The notes: generated from the sequence alone by a model not told the origin. A stretch of 64,000 nt of DNA from Gammaproteobacteria bacterium (GCA_013041745.1 JABDRN010000028.1:59028-123027), one strand, 5' to 3'; positions 30,820 through 41,843 are shown, numbered from the stretch's first letter. A program made the numbers and translations.

Positions 30820-32118
30820 ATGAGTTTATTGCTAGATGCCTTAAAAAAAGCTGCCGATGACAAGCAGAGAATAGCGCAGGACCGGTTAGCAGAAGAGCCT
30901 CTAGATATGGAAGCAAGCGAGGAAGGATCTGAGCTGAGCTTGCAGGCCGGTGATGGTGGCGTGCAGAATTCAGAGCCGGAGGAAGAGTTAACACTTGATC
31001 TAATCGATAAAGATATTACTGAGTCGCCGTCTAATATGGCAGAGCCAGGTACGGCTGATGAGAATCTAGATGATGGCTCATTACAGCTACAACAGCCTGA
31101 TGATCCAGGCTCGCGTCAGCAGAAGACGTATACGGTTTCAGACGAGGCGCTGTCCATGCTCATCTACAAGACAAACCGTGATGTTAAGCAGGGAAAACGC
31201 CTGGCGATTGCTAGTGTAATGATATTCAGTCTGGCGGTGCTCACTTTAGGAGCGGTCTACTATTACATGGATATGCAGTCAGAGATTGCAAACCTGGAGA
31301 GAAAACACCAGATCGCCATGCAGTCGATGCAGTCGAAAACTAATAGAGAAAAAGCACCGCAACAGTCCGAGATAATACGTAACCTGGTGAGTGAGTCAGA
31401 CCTCGAAGACAAGGTGCGTTATGCGAAGAAGCAGATGACCGAAAAGCCTGCTCAAAAGCAGGCTGTTCAATCACAATCTGTAGCCTCCCGAAATAGCAGG
31501 AATGAAGCCGGAGTGGTTTCATTTCAGAAAACTAATAAGACCGATCCGATTGCCGAGAGGCTGGAACAGGCCTGGCAGGCATATGATGATGGCCGCTATG
31601 ACAGTGCTAAGAGCCTGTATGCTGAAGTACTGCGCAGCGAGCAGAACAACAGGGATGCTTTACTTGGTCTTGGTGCCATCGCTGTTATAGAAAAAGACTA
31701 TCTGTCTGCACGAAAAATCTACATATCCCTGTTAAAGCAGGATCCGCGTGATCCGATAGCAATCGCTGCTATCGCCAGCATGCAGAGTGACGCGGCATCA
31801 TTACAGGAAGAGGCGCTATTTCTGCAGAATATGTTACAGAAAAATCCTGATGCCGCCCCTCTGAACTTTGCTCTGGGAAATGTCTATGCACAGCAGCAGA
31901 AGTGGAAACCTGCTCAGCAGTCATATTTTAATGCCTGGCAGCAGGATATTGAAAATGCCGATTATATCTTCAACCTTGCTGTCAGTCTCGATCAGCTGGG
32001 TAAGCAAGAGCAGGCGATCAGTTTCTATAGGGACAGCCTGGTCAAGTCGAGCAATAAACAGGTCAGTTTTTCACGTGAAGCCGTGCAAAAACGGATCACA
32101 GAATTATCCGGGTTATAG
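30820..32118 (+). CDS. TPR-repeat pilus biogenesis protein (MshN-like)
   Basis: Acidic N-terminus, one TM, C-terminal TPR repeats. Confidence 0.55.
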   Translation: MSLLLDALKKAADDKQRIAQDRLAEEPLDMEASEEGSELSLQAGDGGVQNSEPEEELTLDLIDKDITESPSNMAEPGTADENLDDGSLQLQQPDDPGSRQQKTYTVSDEALSMLIYKTNRDVKQGKRLAIASVMIFSLAVLTLGAVYYYMDMQSEIANLERKHQIAMQSMQSKTNREKAPQQSEIIRNLVSESDLEDKVRYAKKQMTEKPAQKQAVQSQSVASRNSRNEAGVVSFQKTNKTDPIAERLEQAWQAYDDGRYDSAKSLYAEVLRSEQNNRDALLGLGAIAVIEKDYLSARKIYISLLKQDPRDPIAIAAIASMQSDAASLQEEALFLQNMLQKNPDAAPLNFALGNVYAQQQKWKPAQQSYFNAWQQDIENADYIFNLAVSLDQLGKQEQAISFYRDSLVKSSNKQVSFSREAVQKRITELSGL

Positions 32119-32122
32119 ATTA

Positions 32123-33838
32123 ATGAATGCACCCAACCTCATTGATGTTAAACGTAAGCTCGGGCAACAGTTGCTGGAGAAAGGGCTGATCACTATCGAT
32201 CAGCTAGACATCGGCCTGACTGAGCAGAAGAAAAACGGCCGACTGCTCGGTGAGGTGCTGGTCGGATTAGGCTTCGTATCCGAATCTATCATGCGTGATG
32301 TCCTGAGCCAGGTGCTTGGTATCGCCAGTGTTGAACTCGCCAGTGTCGTTCCTGACATGGTCGCGCTTGACCTGATCAACAAGGAGGCCGCTGAAAGGTA
32401 CACAGTCGTGCCTGTCAGCTTCGATAGCGAGATCCAGCGCTTGAAAGTGGCGATGAAGAACGCTTCGGACCTGACCGTTCTGGATCGTCTGCACGCACTC
32501 GTCGGCAGGAAGATCGAGCTCGAGCCCATGGTCGCAGGTGAAGGCGAGATCAAAAAAGCGATCGACCAGTTTTATGGTTATGAGCTGTCAGTTGATGGCA
32601 TCCTGCGTGAGATCGAGACCGGTGAGATTGATTATCGCAGCCTCGATGCAACAGAAGATGAATATAGCCAGCCCCTGGTAAGGCTGGTCGATGCGATACT
32701 GGCCGATGCGGTAAAACGAGAAGCATCGGACATCCACTTCGAGCCTGAAGAAGGCTTCCTGCGATTGAGATATCGTATCGATGGCGTATTGCGGCAGATA
32801 CGGAGCCTGCATAAAGATTACTGGTCTGCGATCGTGGTCCGCCTGAAAGTGATGTGCATGATGAACATCGCTGAAACGAGAATCCCTCAGGATGGTCGTT
32901 TGAGCTTGCAGGTACAGGGGCACCGCGTTGATTTCCGTGTATCGGCGCAGCCGACGACGCATGGAGAAAATATCGTATTACGTGTTCTGGATCGTGCCAA
33001 AGGCATCGTGCCGATGGATGATCTCGGTATCCATGAAGACACCCTGAATGAGTTGAAGATGATGATGGCCAGACCGGAAGGCATCATCCTGGTCACCGGC
33101 CCCACAGGTAGCGGTAAGACGACGACTTTATATTCATTATTGAACTATGTGAAATCTGAGCAGGTGAACATCATGACGCTGGAAGACCCGGTGGAATATC
33201 CTATGGATATGATCAGGCAGACCTCGGTCAATGAAGTCGCACGTATGGATTTTGCCAACGGTATCCGCTCGATGATGCGTCAGGATCCGGATATCATCCT
33301 GGTCGGTGAGATCCGTGATGAAGATACGGCTGATATGGCGTTTCGTGCCGCCATGACGGGTCACCAGGTGCTGTCTACTTTACACACCAACTCGGCTATC
33401 GGTACGTTTCCACGGCTACTGGATATCGGGGTGTTGCCTGATATCATGACAGGCAACATCATCGGCGTCATCAGTCAGCGCCTGCTAAGGGTGTTGTGTC
33501 CGCAGTGTAAGGAAGAGAAGCAGCCGAATGAGATCGAGAGCAAACTGCTCGATCTCGAATTTGAAAGCACCGAGCATAAGATTTTTGAACCCGGTGGATG
33601 CAGTCACTGTGACAATACCGGGTACAGGGGACGGCTGGCAATAATCGAGGCACTACGAATAAATGCTGAACTTGATGAGCAGATTGCAAAGCGCGCTACT
33701 CTTGGAGAGCTGAAAGCGACCGCCAAGACGACGGGATATAAGACCCTGGCAGATGATGCGATAAGATGTGTCCTGGAAGGCAAGACATCTCTCACAGAAG
33801 TGTCGCGCGTCATCGATCTGACGCAGCGCTTGATATAA
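32123..33838 (+). CDS. GspE/PilB/MshE-type pilus assembly ATPase
   Basis: N-terminal T2SSE_N domain, Walker A GPTGSGKTTT, Asp and His boxes, and the tetra-Cys Zn motif (CPQC...CSHC). Confidence 0.85.
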   Translation: MNAPNLIDVKRKLGQQLLEKGLITIDQLDIGLTEQKKNGRLLGEVLVGLGFVSESIMRDVLSQVLGIASVELASVVPDMVALDLINKEAAERYTVVPVSFDSEIQRLKVAMKNASDLTVLDRLHALVGRKIELEPMVAGEGEIKKAIDQFYGYELSVDGILREIETGEIDYRSLDATEDEYSQPLVRLVDAILADAVKREASDIHFEPEEGFLRLRYRIDGVLRQIRSLHKDYWSAIVVRLKVMCMMNIAETRIPQDGRLSLQVQGHRVDFRVSAQPTTHGENIVLRVLDRAKGIVPMDDLGIHEDTLNELKMMMARPEGIILVTGPTGSGKTTTLYSLLNYVKSEQVNIMTLEDPVEYPMDMIRQTSVNEVARMDFANGIRSMMRQDPDIILVGEIRDEDTADMAFRAAMTGHQVLSTLHTNSAIGTFPRLLDIGVLPDIMTGNIIGVISQRLLRVLCPQCKEEKQPNEIESKLLDLEFESTEHKIFEPGGCSHCDNTGYRGRLAIIEALRINAELDEQIAKRATLGELKATAKTTGYKTLADDAIRCVLEGKTSLTEVSRVIDLTQRLI

Positions 33839-33858
33839 CGGGATTACAGGTAACGACT

Positions 33859-35067
33859 GTGCCAGATTATAAGTTCAGAACAATTGATGCAGCTGGTAAG
33901 ATCCGCAACGATACCATGGTGGCGAGCAATCCCATGGAGCTCGAAAAGCGCCTCGGCAGTATGGGTTTTGACCTGCTAAGTTACAAGGAGCAGAACAAGG
34001 CTGGCGGTAGCGCATTCAGGTCGAAGAGTATCAGCCGACGCGAACTGATCAATTTTACCTTCCATATAGAGCAGCTAATAAAGTCTGGCGTACCTCTGAT
34101 CGATAGCCTCAAAGATATCCGCGACAGTCTCGAATATAGCCACTTTACAGATATCTTACAGACGGTGATCGACGATATCGAGGGCGGTAAAACCCTGTCG
34201 CTGGCGTTGGCAGAACATCCGGCGATATTTGATAACGTCTATGTCACACTAGTGAGGATAGGTGAAGAGACGGGTCAGTTGGCTGAGGTGCTAAAAGACC
34301 TGGCAGATACAATCCGCTGGCAGGATGAACTGGTATCACAGACAAAAAAAATCATGATCTACCCGGCGATAGTCTCGGTGATCGTGCTGCTGGTGGTGGC
34401 GTTTCTGATGATGTACCTGATGCCGCAGCTACTGCCTTTCATCAAGAATATAGGCTCAGATATCCCGTTACATACGCAGATACTGATCGATCTTTCACAT
34501 ATCTTTGTTGAATACTGGTACCTCATTTTCAGTGCACCGTTCGTTATCTATTTCTGCTTGAAATTTGTAGCAAGGAAAAACCAGAATTTCAAATATTATC
34601 TAGATGGCGTGAAATTGAAGATCTGGATATTCGGGCCGTTGATGACAAAGATTAAACTTGCACGTTTTGCAAACTACTTTGCGATGATGTACAGCTCAGG
34701 TATCACCGTACTGGATTCGCTCAAGATATCAGAACAAATGGTCGATAACCTGGTGCTTGAAGATTCGATCGACAAGGCGAGGACCAGCATATCTGAAGGA
34801 GTCATGATCAGTAAAAGTTTTGAGGCCGTCGGTGTTTTCCCGTCGATGATCGTGCGCATGTTAAAGGTGGGAGAGGATACCGGTGCGATGGATGATGCAT
34901 TGCTCAATGTCAGCTACTTCTATAACCGTGAGGTAAAGGAGTCGATCGATAAGATAGAGCCAACGATATTGCCGATACTAACGGTCATCCTCGGCGGTAT
35001 CATGATGTGGATAATGATGGCGGTATTGGGACCTGTATACGATGCGGTCTCCGGAGTGAAGCTCTGA
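33859..35067 (+). CDS. GspF/PilC/MshG-type inner-membrane platform protein
   Basis: Two GspF repeats and 3 TM. Start placed at GTG 33859 (uncertain; ATG at 33916 is the alternative). Confidence 0.75.
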   Translation: MPDYKFRTIDAAGKIRNDTMVASNPMELEKRLGSMGFDLLSYKEQNKAGGSAFRSKSISRRELINFTFHIEQLIKSGVPLIDSLKDIRDSLEYSHFTDILQTVIDDIEGGKTLSLALAEHPAIFDNVYVTLVRIGEETGQLAEVLKDLADTIRWQDELVSQTKKIMIYPAIVSVIVLLVVAFLMMYLMPQLLPFIKNIGSDIPLHTQILIDLSHIFVEYWYLIFSAPFVIYFCLKFVARKNQNFKYYLDGVKLKIWIFGPLMTKIKLARFANYFAMMYSSGITVLDSLKISEQMVDNLVLEDSIDKARTSISEGVMISKSFEAVGVFPSMIVRMLKVGEDTGAMDDALLNVSYFYNREVKESIDKIEPTILPILTVILGGIMMWIMMAVLGPVYDAVSGVKL

Positions 35068-35069
35068 TC

Positions 35070-36641
35070 ATGAAACGTTTATTTTATTTTACCGGATACC
35101 GCCTCAGCGTGATGCACTGGAAGGGCAAGCAGCTGCTGGGATCGAGTTCTTTCGAGCCGACAGAAGCTGGTCTGGAGAAGTTTCGGGCTTATCTCTCCAG
35201 TACTGAAAAGATAGCCAGCAAATTTCTTGTCGACGTCATCGAAGAAGATTTCAGGAGTGAGAAAATTCCACATGTCGGTGCTCGTGATAGGCGCGCCGTG
35301 ATAAACCGCCTGCTCGACCGCTTCTACCGGTCGAGTAAACAGTATTGTTATAGCACGGTTATCGGCCGCGAAAAAAGTGGCAGAAAAGATGACATCGTAC
35401 TGCTGGGAGCGATGACCAACCCGCATCTTATCCAGCCGTGGTTGACCATTATCGATGAGTGCGAGGTCCCCCTTTCTGGCATATGGACGCTGCCGCTGAT
35501 AAGTAAAAAACTCTTAAAAACGATAAGGGCTTCATCCGGCGTCGTACTGCTGGTCAGCCAGCAGGTAAACAGCAATGTCAGGCAGACGCTATTCAGAGAC
35601 GGCAAACTGATATCCAGCCGTCAGTCTATTATCAACCAGGGCATCAATGATATATCAGGTATCGGAGAACTGGCGGCTCCCGAGGTACAGCGCACCATCG
35701 AGTTCCTTCGCGCCCAGGGCCTGATCGGTCTTGATGAGTTGATCAACCTGCATATCCTGGGAAGTGATGAGCAACTGGCTTCGTTACAGCAGTATTTCAG
35801 GGCAGGTGAACAGCAGAGTGTCTCGATCCACCCGATCGCAGAGATTCATAAGAAACTAGGTTTGAAAGACGTTGGCGAAAAATTTTCTGATGGTATATTT
35901 GCCTGGTATTGTGTAGCGCAGGACATCACTAGCAGTCACTATGGTGAGACACATGAGTTCAATCGTTATCATAATAGGCTTGCTGCTGCTGCGTTATATG
36001 TAGCAAGCCTGGCCGTTCTTATTTCTGGCGCCCTGTTAACACAGTCGAATGTATCCGATGCATTGGAGTATGAGAGATCGATCACCCTGTTAAAGCAGCA
36101 AGAAAACAGTTATAAGGAGCTGTACTCCAAAAAATTCGAAGAGTTTGAAGAAGTTTTCCAGAACGCGGGGGTAATGAACTCGGCGGTTGAACTTGCAGAG
36201 CAGATTAAACGCAACAGCGCCACATCGCCGCTGGACTTCCTCATCGCCCTTAGTGAGATTGTCAGTAATGATATGTCGACGAATATCTATATCGACAAGA
36301 TAGAGTGGTCGGCCATCAATGTCGATGAAAGAGACGGCAGTGTTTCAAAAGCCAACTTTAGCGGAAAGCAATCGGTAAAACATGGTGCGATAGTTACCGG
36401 CCGCATCGACATACCGGAGAATAATTATCGTGATTCTGTCGATCAGATACAGCGGATTATTGACTTGTTGCAGGCCAGTTCGCGTATAGAGAAAGTAGAA
36501 GCATTAAAGATGCCGGTCGACCTGCGCTCCGAAAGTAAATTTTCTACGGAGTCAGGTGTAGAGATCAGGCGGCGAACCAGTCTCGAGACGACCGGTGTTT
36601 TTTCTTTGAGAATAACGATGAAGGCACCGGACCATGTTTAG
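35070..36641 (+). CDS. MshI-like (PilM-PilN fusion) pilus assembly protein
   Basis: Cytoplasmic actin-like N-terminus, one TM (AAAALYVASLAVLISGALL), periplasmic C-terminus. ATG at 35070 is placed 2 nt after the upstream stop. Confidence 0.55.
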   Translation: MKRLFYFTGYRLSVMHWKGKQLLGSSSFEPTEAGLEKFRAYLSSTEKIASKFLVDVIEEDFRSEKIPHVGARDRRAVINRLLDRFYRSSKQYCYSTVIGREKSGRKDDIVLLGAMTNPHLIQPWLTIIDECEVPLSGIWTLPLISKKLLKTIRASSGVVLLVSQQVNSNVRQTLFRDGKLISSRQSIINQGINDISGIGELAAPEVQRTIEFLRAQGLIGLDELINLHILGSDEQLASLQQYFRAGEQQSVSIHPIAEIHKKLGLKDVGEKFSDGIFAWYCVAQDITSSHYGETHEFNRYHNRLAAAALYVASLAVLISGALLTQSNVSDALEYERSITLLKQQENSYKELYSKKFEEFEEVFQNAGVMNSAVELAEQIKRNSATSPLDFLIALSEIVSNDMSTNIYIDKIEWSAINVDERDGSVSKANFSGKQSVKHGAIVTGRIDIPENNYRDSVDQIQRIIDLLQASSRIEKVEALKMPVDLRSESKFSTESGVEIRRRTSLETTGVFSLRITMKAPDHV

Positions 36642-37263
36642 TCAGATAACACCAACCCTCATGCGAGCTATCGGTGTATTCGTTGTGATACTGGTGGTTA
36701 GCGTCATCGTCATCTCGATCTCTTATGTCTATTTGGACGATGTGTTCAATGACCAGCAAGCAGCCAAGCGGGCCATGCGTGTCTGGCAGACCAAGATTAA
36801 CAGCTCGGTCGAGAACAATCAGATCATAGATGAGTTCGAGAGTAACTTTTTAAAGCTGGTAAACCAGGGAGTGGTCGGTGCCGAGGACAGGCTTAGCTGG
36901 TTTGAGACGATCCAGAATACGACGAAAAAACGCGGTATGCCATCAGTTAAATACAGTATCTCGACACAGGCAGCGCTCGATGAAGGCAACCTAAAAGTAG
37001 ACTATCGGGGTATCGATGTCTTCAAAAGCCTGATGACGCTGGATATCAAGATGGCTCATGAAGGTGACCTGTTCGCATTACTAAACGATCTGGAGAAAGC
37101 AGATGGACTGTTCGCAGTCGACCGTTGTGACATAGAAAAGATAAGCAAAACAACCGTTGATACAGAGAATGCCATGAAAGCATACTGTGAGCTCGGCTGG
37201 TACACCTTCCGAGGATCGCGGGCAAATGCCAGGGCAAGTGGTGGTCGAAGAAATGAGAGCTAA
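36634..37263 (+). CDS. PilO/MshJ-like pilus assembly protein
   Basis: N-terminal TM and a coiled/periplasmic domain; overlaps the upstream stop by 8 nt. Confidence 0.5.
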   Translation: MFSQITPTLMRAIGVFVVILVVSVIVISISYVYLDDVFNDQQAAKRAMRVWQTKINSSVENNQIIDEFESNFLKLVNQGVVGAEDRLSWFETIQNTTKKRGMPSVKYSISTQAALDEGNLKVDYRGIDVFKSLMTLDIKMAHEGDLFALLNDLEKADGLFAVDRCDIEKISKTTVDTENAMKAYCELGWYTFRGSRANARASGGRRNES

Positions 37264-37645
37264 TAAAATTTTCCTCTGTCTAATATCGATTTTTTTTAGT
37301 GGTGTGTCATCGGCTGAATATAATGCCGATGACTTGAACAAGCTGTTCACTGATAAAAATCAGCGCGCGCGGATCGATGCGGCTCGATCAGGCTTGACTG
37401 GTTCTGCTAAACAAACAGACAAGGTCAAAGTGGATGGATATGTTACGCGAAGCGATGGAAAAAGTGTGGTATGGATTAATGGCCAGAGCACGCTTGATAG
37501 CTCGAGGGTCGGGAATATTCGAGTCCACCAGTCTTCGATGCATAAGGATAAAAAAGTCGGTATAAGTATCGACGGTGAAAGCAGGCGTCTCAGACCAGGG
37601 GAAACCTGGAGCAAGAGTACGGGTAAAATCGTTGATTCTCAATGA
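37253..37645 (+). CDS. MshK-like small periplasmic pilus assembly protein
   Basis: Signal peptide MRANKIFLCLISIFFSGVSSA; about 130 aa. Start placed at the in-frame ATG 37253. Confidence 0.5.
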   Translation: MRANKIFLCLISIFFSGVSSAEYNADDLNKLFTDKNQRARIDAARSGLTGSAKQTDKVKVDGYVTRSDGKSVVWINGQSTLDSSRVGNIRVHQSSMHKDKKVGISIDGESRRLRPGETWSKSTGKIVDSQ

Positions 37646-39131
37646 TAGACAAATCTACCGCTCACGTCAGAATGGTGTTGCACTACTGGTGCTTGCTATC
37701 CTGATTGCATTTACGGTCACTGCTTACTACTTCTCTAATATATCACTATTACAGGTTGAGCTTGAAAATGACAAACAGACCCGCACTGCTCTGGCCAAGG
37801 CCAGACAGGCATTGCTGTCTTATGCGGTCACTCACTGGCAGAGTAATGACCGCTTGAGCTTGATCGGACAGCTTCCCTGCCCCGACTCAAATAATGCGAC
37901 GCCAGAGGGCGAGCAGAATGCACCTTGTGGTGCAGCATACGCAAATGCTATCGGCTACTTTCCCTGGCGGACGCTAAATATAGATGCTTTGTATTCGGGT
38001 GATGGTGAATGCCTGTTATATGCAGTATCACCGGCTTATAAATCAGCGCCTGTGGCAGCTATTAATCCTGATAGCTTCGGCCAGTTTCAGATCGTCGATT
38101 CCGCTGGTGCCGTTGTCCTGGGTAATATACCGGAAGACAGGCCCGTCGCTATTATTTTTGCAGCGGGCAAAGCTTTAGGCGGGCAGGCTAGAAATCATGT
38201 GAATAACAGTTTATGCGGACTGGACTATGGAAATATAGCGGCTTATCTGGATGACGATGGCACCACGGATAATGCAGCGATCGATATAGCCGTCAATAAT
38301 GTCATCGATCGATTCGTACATAAGTATGATGGATCAGAACAGGGCGCTAATCCGTTGAATGACAGCCTGGTAACCGTCACCCATGAAGATCTCTGGCAGG
38401 TACTGGATAGTTCTATAACAAGTGCTGATTTCAACATAGCGATGAAAAATCTCACAGAAGCTGTTGCCATGTGCTTCGCAGCATACGGATTAAATAACAT
38501 AGATAATAATCTGCCGATGCCTGCAGCTCTTGATCTGAATGGTGGTGAATACAGGCGAAATACCGATTATGATGATAGCGCTAATTTTACTACGGCCTTT
38601 GCCGGACGCCTGCCATATAATGTCTCTAGTGCCAATGCCGTCAGTGGTGTCGTTGGTACACCAAATATCTATAGTAATGCATTTTGTGATGCGATCGATT
38701 TACCGAGCACCATAGCTATCAATGAGAATATCAACTTCTCTAATGATGCAGGCAGTGATAATGGCGAGTACTTTGATCTGTGGCAGAACTGGAAGGATCA
38801 TTTTTTCTATGCTGTATCTAATCGCTTTAAACCTGATGGTGGCGGTTCTGCAGCAGCATGTGATCCGGGTGGTAGTGACTGCGTCGATGTCAGCGGTACA
38901 AAATATGCAGCAATCATCTTTTTCTCCGGGCTGAAACAAGTGGGGCAGAGCCGTTATGCTCCGCCGTTTGAGGCTGATGAAAAAAATGTTATTAGCAACT
39001 ACCTGGAAAATGGTAATCCGGCAGATTTTCCTGATAATTCAGGCACTGGCGACTACGATATAGTCGGTGGTGCCAGTAATGATGTTATGTTCTGCATCAG
39101 AGAAGATATGAGTGTGGTCGAATGTCTTTAA
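37632..39131 (+). CDS. GspK-like large minor (pseudo)pilin; start uncertain
   Basis: N-terminus ...RQNGVALLVLAILIAF resembles the GspK-type prepilin segment lacking the Glu+5; large periplasmic domain. No in-frame ATG, so TTG 37632 or GTG 37575. Confidence 0.45.
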   Translation: MILNDRQIYRSRQNGVALLVLAILIAFTVTAYYFSNISLLQVELENDKQTRTALAKARQALLSYAVTHWQSNDRLSLIGQLPCPDSNNATPEGEQNAPCGAAYANAIGYFPWRTLNIDALYSGDGECLLYAVSPAYKSAPVAAINPDSFGQFQIVDSAGAVVLGNIPEDRPVAIIFAAGKALGGQARNHVNNSLCGLDYGNIAAYLDDDGTTDNAAIDIAVNNVIDRFVHKYDGSEQGANPLNDSLVTVTHEDLWQVLDSSITSADFNIAMKNLTEAVAMCFAAYGLNNIDNNLPMPAALDLNGGEYRRNTDYDDSANFTTAFAGRLPYNVSSANAVSGVVGTPNIYSNAFCDAIDLPSTIAINENINFSNDAGSDNGEYFDLWQNWKDHFFYAVSNRFKPDGGGSAAACDPGGSDCVDVSGTKYAAIIFFSGLKQVGQSRYAPPFEADEKNVISNYLENGNPADFPDNSGTGDYDIVGGASNDVMFCIREDMSVVECL

Positions 39132-39925
39132 AAACACATGAACAAAATGGCTTTACCTTGATAGAGATAGCGGTCGTACTCGTTATCGTCGGCGTGCTCG
39201 TGGGCAGTTTTATCGGTTCGGTCTCCAGCAGGATAGAGACCACACGGCGAGATGATACCAAACAGCAGCTCGAGGAGATAAAAGAGGCGATAATCGGGCA
39301 TGCAATCACACACGGTAGGCTGCCATGCCCGACAACGACCACCGGCCTGGGCCGCGAACAGCCAGGCCCCGGCGTCTGTACCTGGCAACACGGTTTTGTT
39401 CCAGGGGTGACGCTCGGCCTGAGCGGTAATTACAACAGGGACGGCCTGTTGACAGACAGCTGGGGCAACCCGATAAGGTATACCGTAGCTACATCAAACG
39501 GCAGTGCACTGACGAGGTCACCTGGGGCGGGCGGCATGGTTGATGTCGGCATGGCTGCACTGGCGCCGGCACTGATCGTATGCGATGGCGATAGTACTGT
39601 GATTGACGACTGTGCCGGCGCCCCTGCTCCTGCAAAATTGACCGATGAGGCACCATTCATAATCCTGTCTCTGGGAAAAGATGGCAGTGGTTTTGTTACT
39701 AATGTGGCACCAAATTCTGACCAGGGTGAAAACGCGGGAGAGGTTGCAGTAGCAGCAAATGCTGCGGGAGAGAATGTTGCTTATACTGTTGCTGGAAACC
39801 GTGTCTTCGTCAGTAAAGCATATAGTGATGAAGTGTCAGCAGCGGGCCGTTTTGATGATATTATCGTCTGGGAGTCTAAGTACGTGCTTTATAGCCGTAT
39901 GATGAATGCTGGTCAATTACCATAA
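39122..39925 (+). CDS. Type IV pilin-like protein (N-methylation motif)
   Basis: N-terminus MSLKTHEQNG|FTLIEIAVVLVIVGVLVG. Confidence 0.7.
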   Translation: MSLKTHEQNGFTLIEIAVVLVIVGVLVGSFIGSVSSRIETTRRDDTKQQLEEIKEAIIGHAITHGRLPCPTTTTGLGREQPGPGVCTWQHGFVPGVTLGLSGNYNRDGLLTDSWGNPIRYTVATSNGSALTRSPGAGGMVDVGMAALAPALIVCDGDSTVIDDCAGAPAPAKLTDEAPFIILSLGKDGSGFVTNVAPNSDQGENAGEVAVAANAAGENVAYTVAGNRVFVSKAYSDEVSAAGRFDDIIVWESKYVLYSRMMNAGQLP

Positions 39926-40045
39926 TTATGGTTATCCATTAATTGTCTATGTTGCTTTAGGTCGACTGCTCTTTATAGTTTGTTTCGTTTAATAGCATAG
40001 CTATATTGCAACGGGCATACCTGCAAATAGTCGACTACTTACCTT

Positions 40046-41737
40046 TCATGGATCTTGATTGGATTCTTTCATCACAAACCTAACTTCGCCATCTTCATTA
40101 TTACCTATCGACAGTTCATAGCCATGTGTCCTGGCAAGCTCATAAGATTGATACATACCAATACCAAAGCCGTCGTTAGATGAAACTACCTCCTTGAATA
40201 GTTGGTGATATATAGCTGGCTCGATAGCACTGCCTGTATCGGTAATACTTAGCTGTAATTGATGCCTTTCACATGAGAGCTGTACAACAATACTAAGTTT
40301 GGGTTCACGCAATCTTTTATTTCTCGCGTTGTCCAGCAGGTTTTCAACTACTGTGGTGAAGATGTCGACAGGAATCTCCATATCTTTATCTATATCGATG
40401 GAGAATTCGATATGTCTGCCGGTATAACGTAGCTGCAGCTGGTTCCACCAGTGCAGCAGAGAACCGCTCTGCGCCTGTCTGACCGATTCCGGCGATGGTG
40501 CCCGAAGTTTCTCCAGGGTCGTATTCAATCTCTGGGTCAATAGCGGCATCTGTTTTCTCAGGACATCTATTCTTTCCTGAATCGTTGCATCCTCATCGCT
40601 TATTATCTGCGACATCGTCTGAGTCGACTGCAGTATATTCTTCACGTCATGCGTCAACTTGGAACCGGTTTCATAAATTGCCTGCATATGCGCCTGTTTG
40701 AGCATCTGTTGTTCCTGCAGTTTGGCGCGGTAATAAAAAGTCAGTACGTTGAGCAGCAGTTTGCTGTGTAGCAGTAACGATGGACCGACAGGTGTATATG
40801 TATATATGGTCAACCTCAACTTATCATCGTTTATGCTTACCTGGTTGGATGACTCTTCACCTTCGAGTCCGTCGGTAGAAGCTGTATTCCATCTGACGCC
40901 GCAGATCCAGTGCTGGCGCATAAGGTAATGCAGGCTTGCGCTAAGGAAGTTTTCCGGGCGAAGGCCGGTGTTGGCTTCAAGCGTGGATACATGGGTGAAC
41001 CACTGTTCGAACGGGCCGCCGATATTAAGTACATACTTTTCCAGCAGTTGGGCCAGGCCGGTAAAGCCGGCGCGCGGCGCCCAGAGAAAAGCAGTCAACA
41101 GTAAGAACAAGCTCAGTATGATGGCGCTGGTTGCTAATGATTCGAGATATGGTTTTTCAGCCGTCAGGCTGATCAAGACGCTGCCCATGCATAAAAAGAC
41201 AGTGAGTATCACGACGAGAAAACCACGGATGAAATCGACCTGGTTTGATGTGCTGTCTGTTACCGGGTATAGCAGCAGCAGTAATGGAAGCAGCATTAAC
41301 GCGGTGCTGAACATCGGCTGTATCGACGAAGACAATGCCGTGAGATTAAATAGTTCTGGCGTCAAATACAGTATCAGCTCGATAAAGAGCGTGATCACGG
41401 CAAGGCCATAGGCCGCACGGGCCAGTCCACGGGCGAATATACGGCCGGTCAAAAGCGTCAGCAGTAGCAGGGTCCAGAAAGCGTTCAACCAGGGGTTGAA
41501 GAAATAGATATAAGCGGCGATCAATATGGTCAGGATAAAAAGCTGTATTACACTGAATGAGGACTGCTGCTTGATGACCGGCTGCCACAGCAGGAAGAAA
41601 CCGAAATGCACGAAGAGAAAGCTTTGTGTAAGTGCGGTGTCGCCGTTTCCAAGGTGGATTGCAGCGAGCAGGCTGAATATCATCAGCCCTAATAAACGAT
41701 GTTCATTATCGAGCAAAAACTGGCTGTTTGGGGGCAT
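40046..41737 (-). CDS. Multi-TM sensor histidine kinase (PilS-like)
   Basis: About six N-terminal TM helices; HisKA (LTHDVKNILQS) and HATPase_c (GFGIGMYQSYELARTHGYELS...). Confidence 0.75.
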   Translation of the reverse strand: MPPNSQFLLDNEHRLLGLMIFSLLAAIHLGNGDTALTQSFLFVHFGFFLLWQPVIKQQSSFSVIQLFILTILIAAYIYFFNPWLNAFWTLLLLTLLTGRIFARGLARAAYGLAVITLFIELILYLTPELFNLTALSSSIQPMFSTALMLLPLLLLLYPVTDSTSNQVDFIRGFLVVILTVFLCMGSVLISLTAEKPYLESLATSAIILSLFLLLTAFLWAPRAGFTGLAQLLEKYVLNIGGPFEQWFTHVSTLEANTGLRPENFLSASLHYLMRQHWICGVRWNTASTDGLEGEESSNQVSINDDKLRLTIYTYTPVGPSLLLHSKLLLNVLTFYYRAKLQEQQMLKQAHMQAIYETGSKLTHDVKNILQSTQTMSQIISDEDATIQERIDVLRKQMPLLTQRLNTTLEKLRAPSPESVRQAQSGSLLHWWNQLQLRYTGRHIEFSIDIDKDMEIPVDIFTTVVENLLDNARNKRLREPKLSIVVQLSCERHQLQLSITDTGSAIEPAIYHQLFKEVVSSNDGFGIGMYQSYELARTHGYELSIGNNEDGEVRFVMKESNQDP

Positions 41738-41843
41738 ATTGATTATTATTTTGTTGCTTTCATGTGATTGTAGAACAAGCTTTTAACCTTTGTATCAATA
41801 GCCGCTATAATCGGAGTGATTCAGACCATATAAAACCGACAAT

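Noticed and set aside
31868-32122. ORF-track N-terminal extension of the MshE-like ATPase (and similar extensions at 33766, 35007, 37187, 37575, 43509, 44304, 52978, 56566, 60117)
   Set aside because: The extensions overlap upstream genes or promoter and terminator elements. Internal Met residues with an RBS or a family-typical N-terminus give better starts, and those were used in the feature table.
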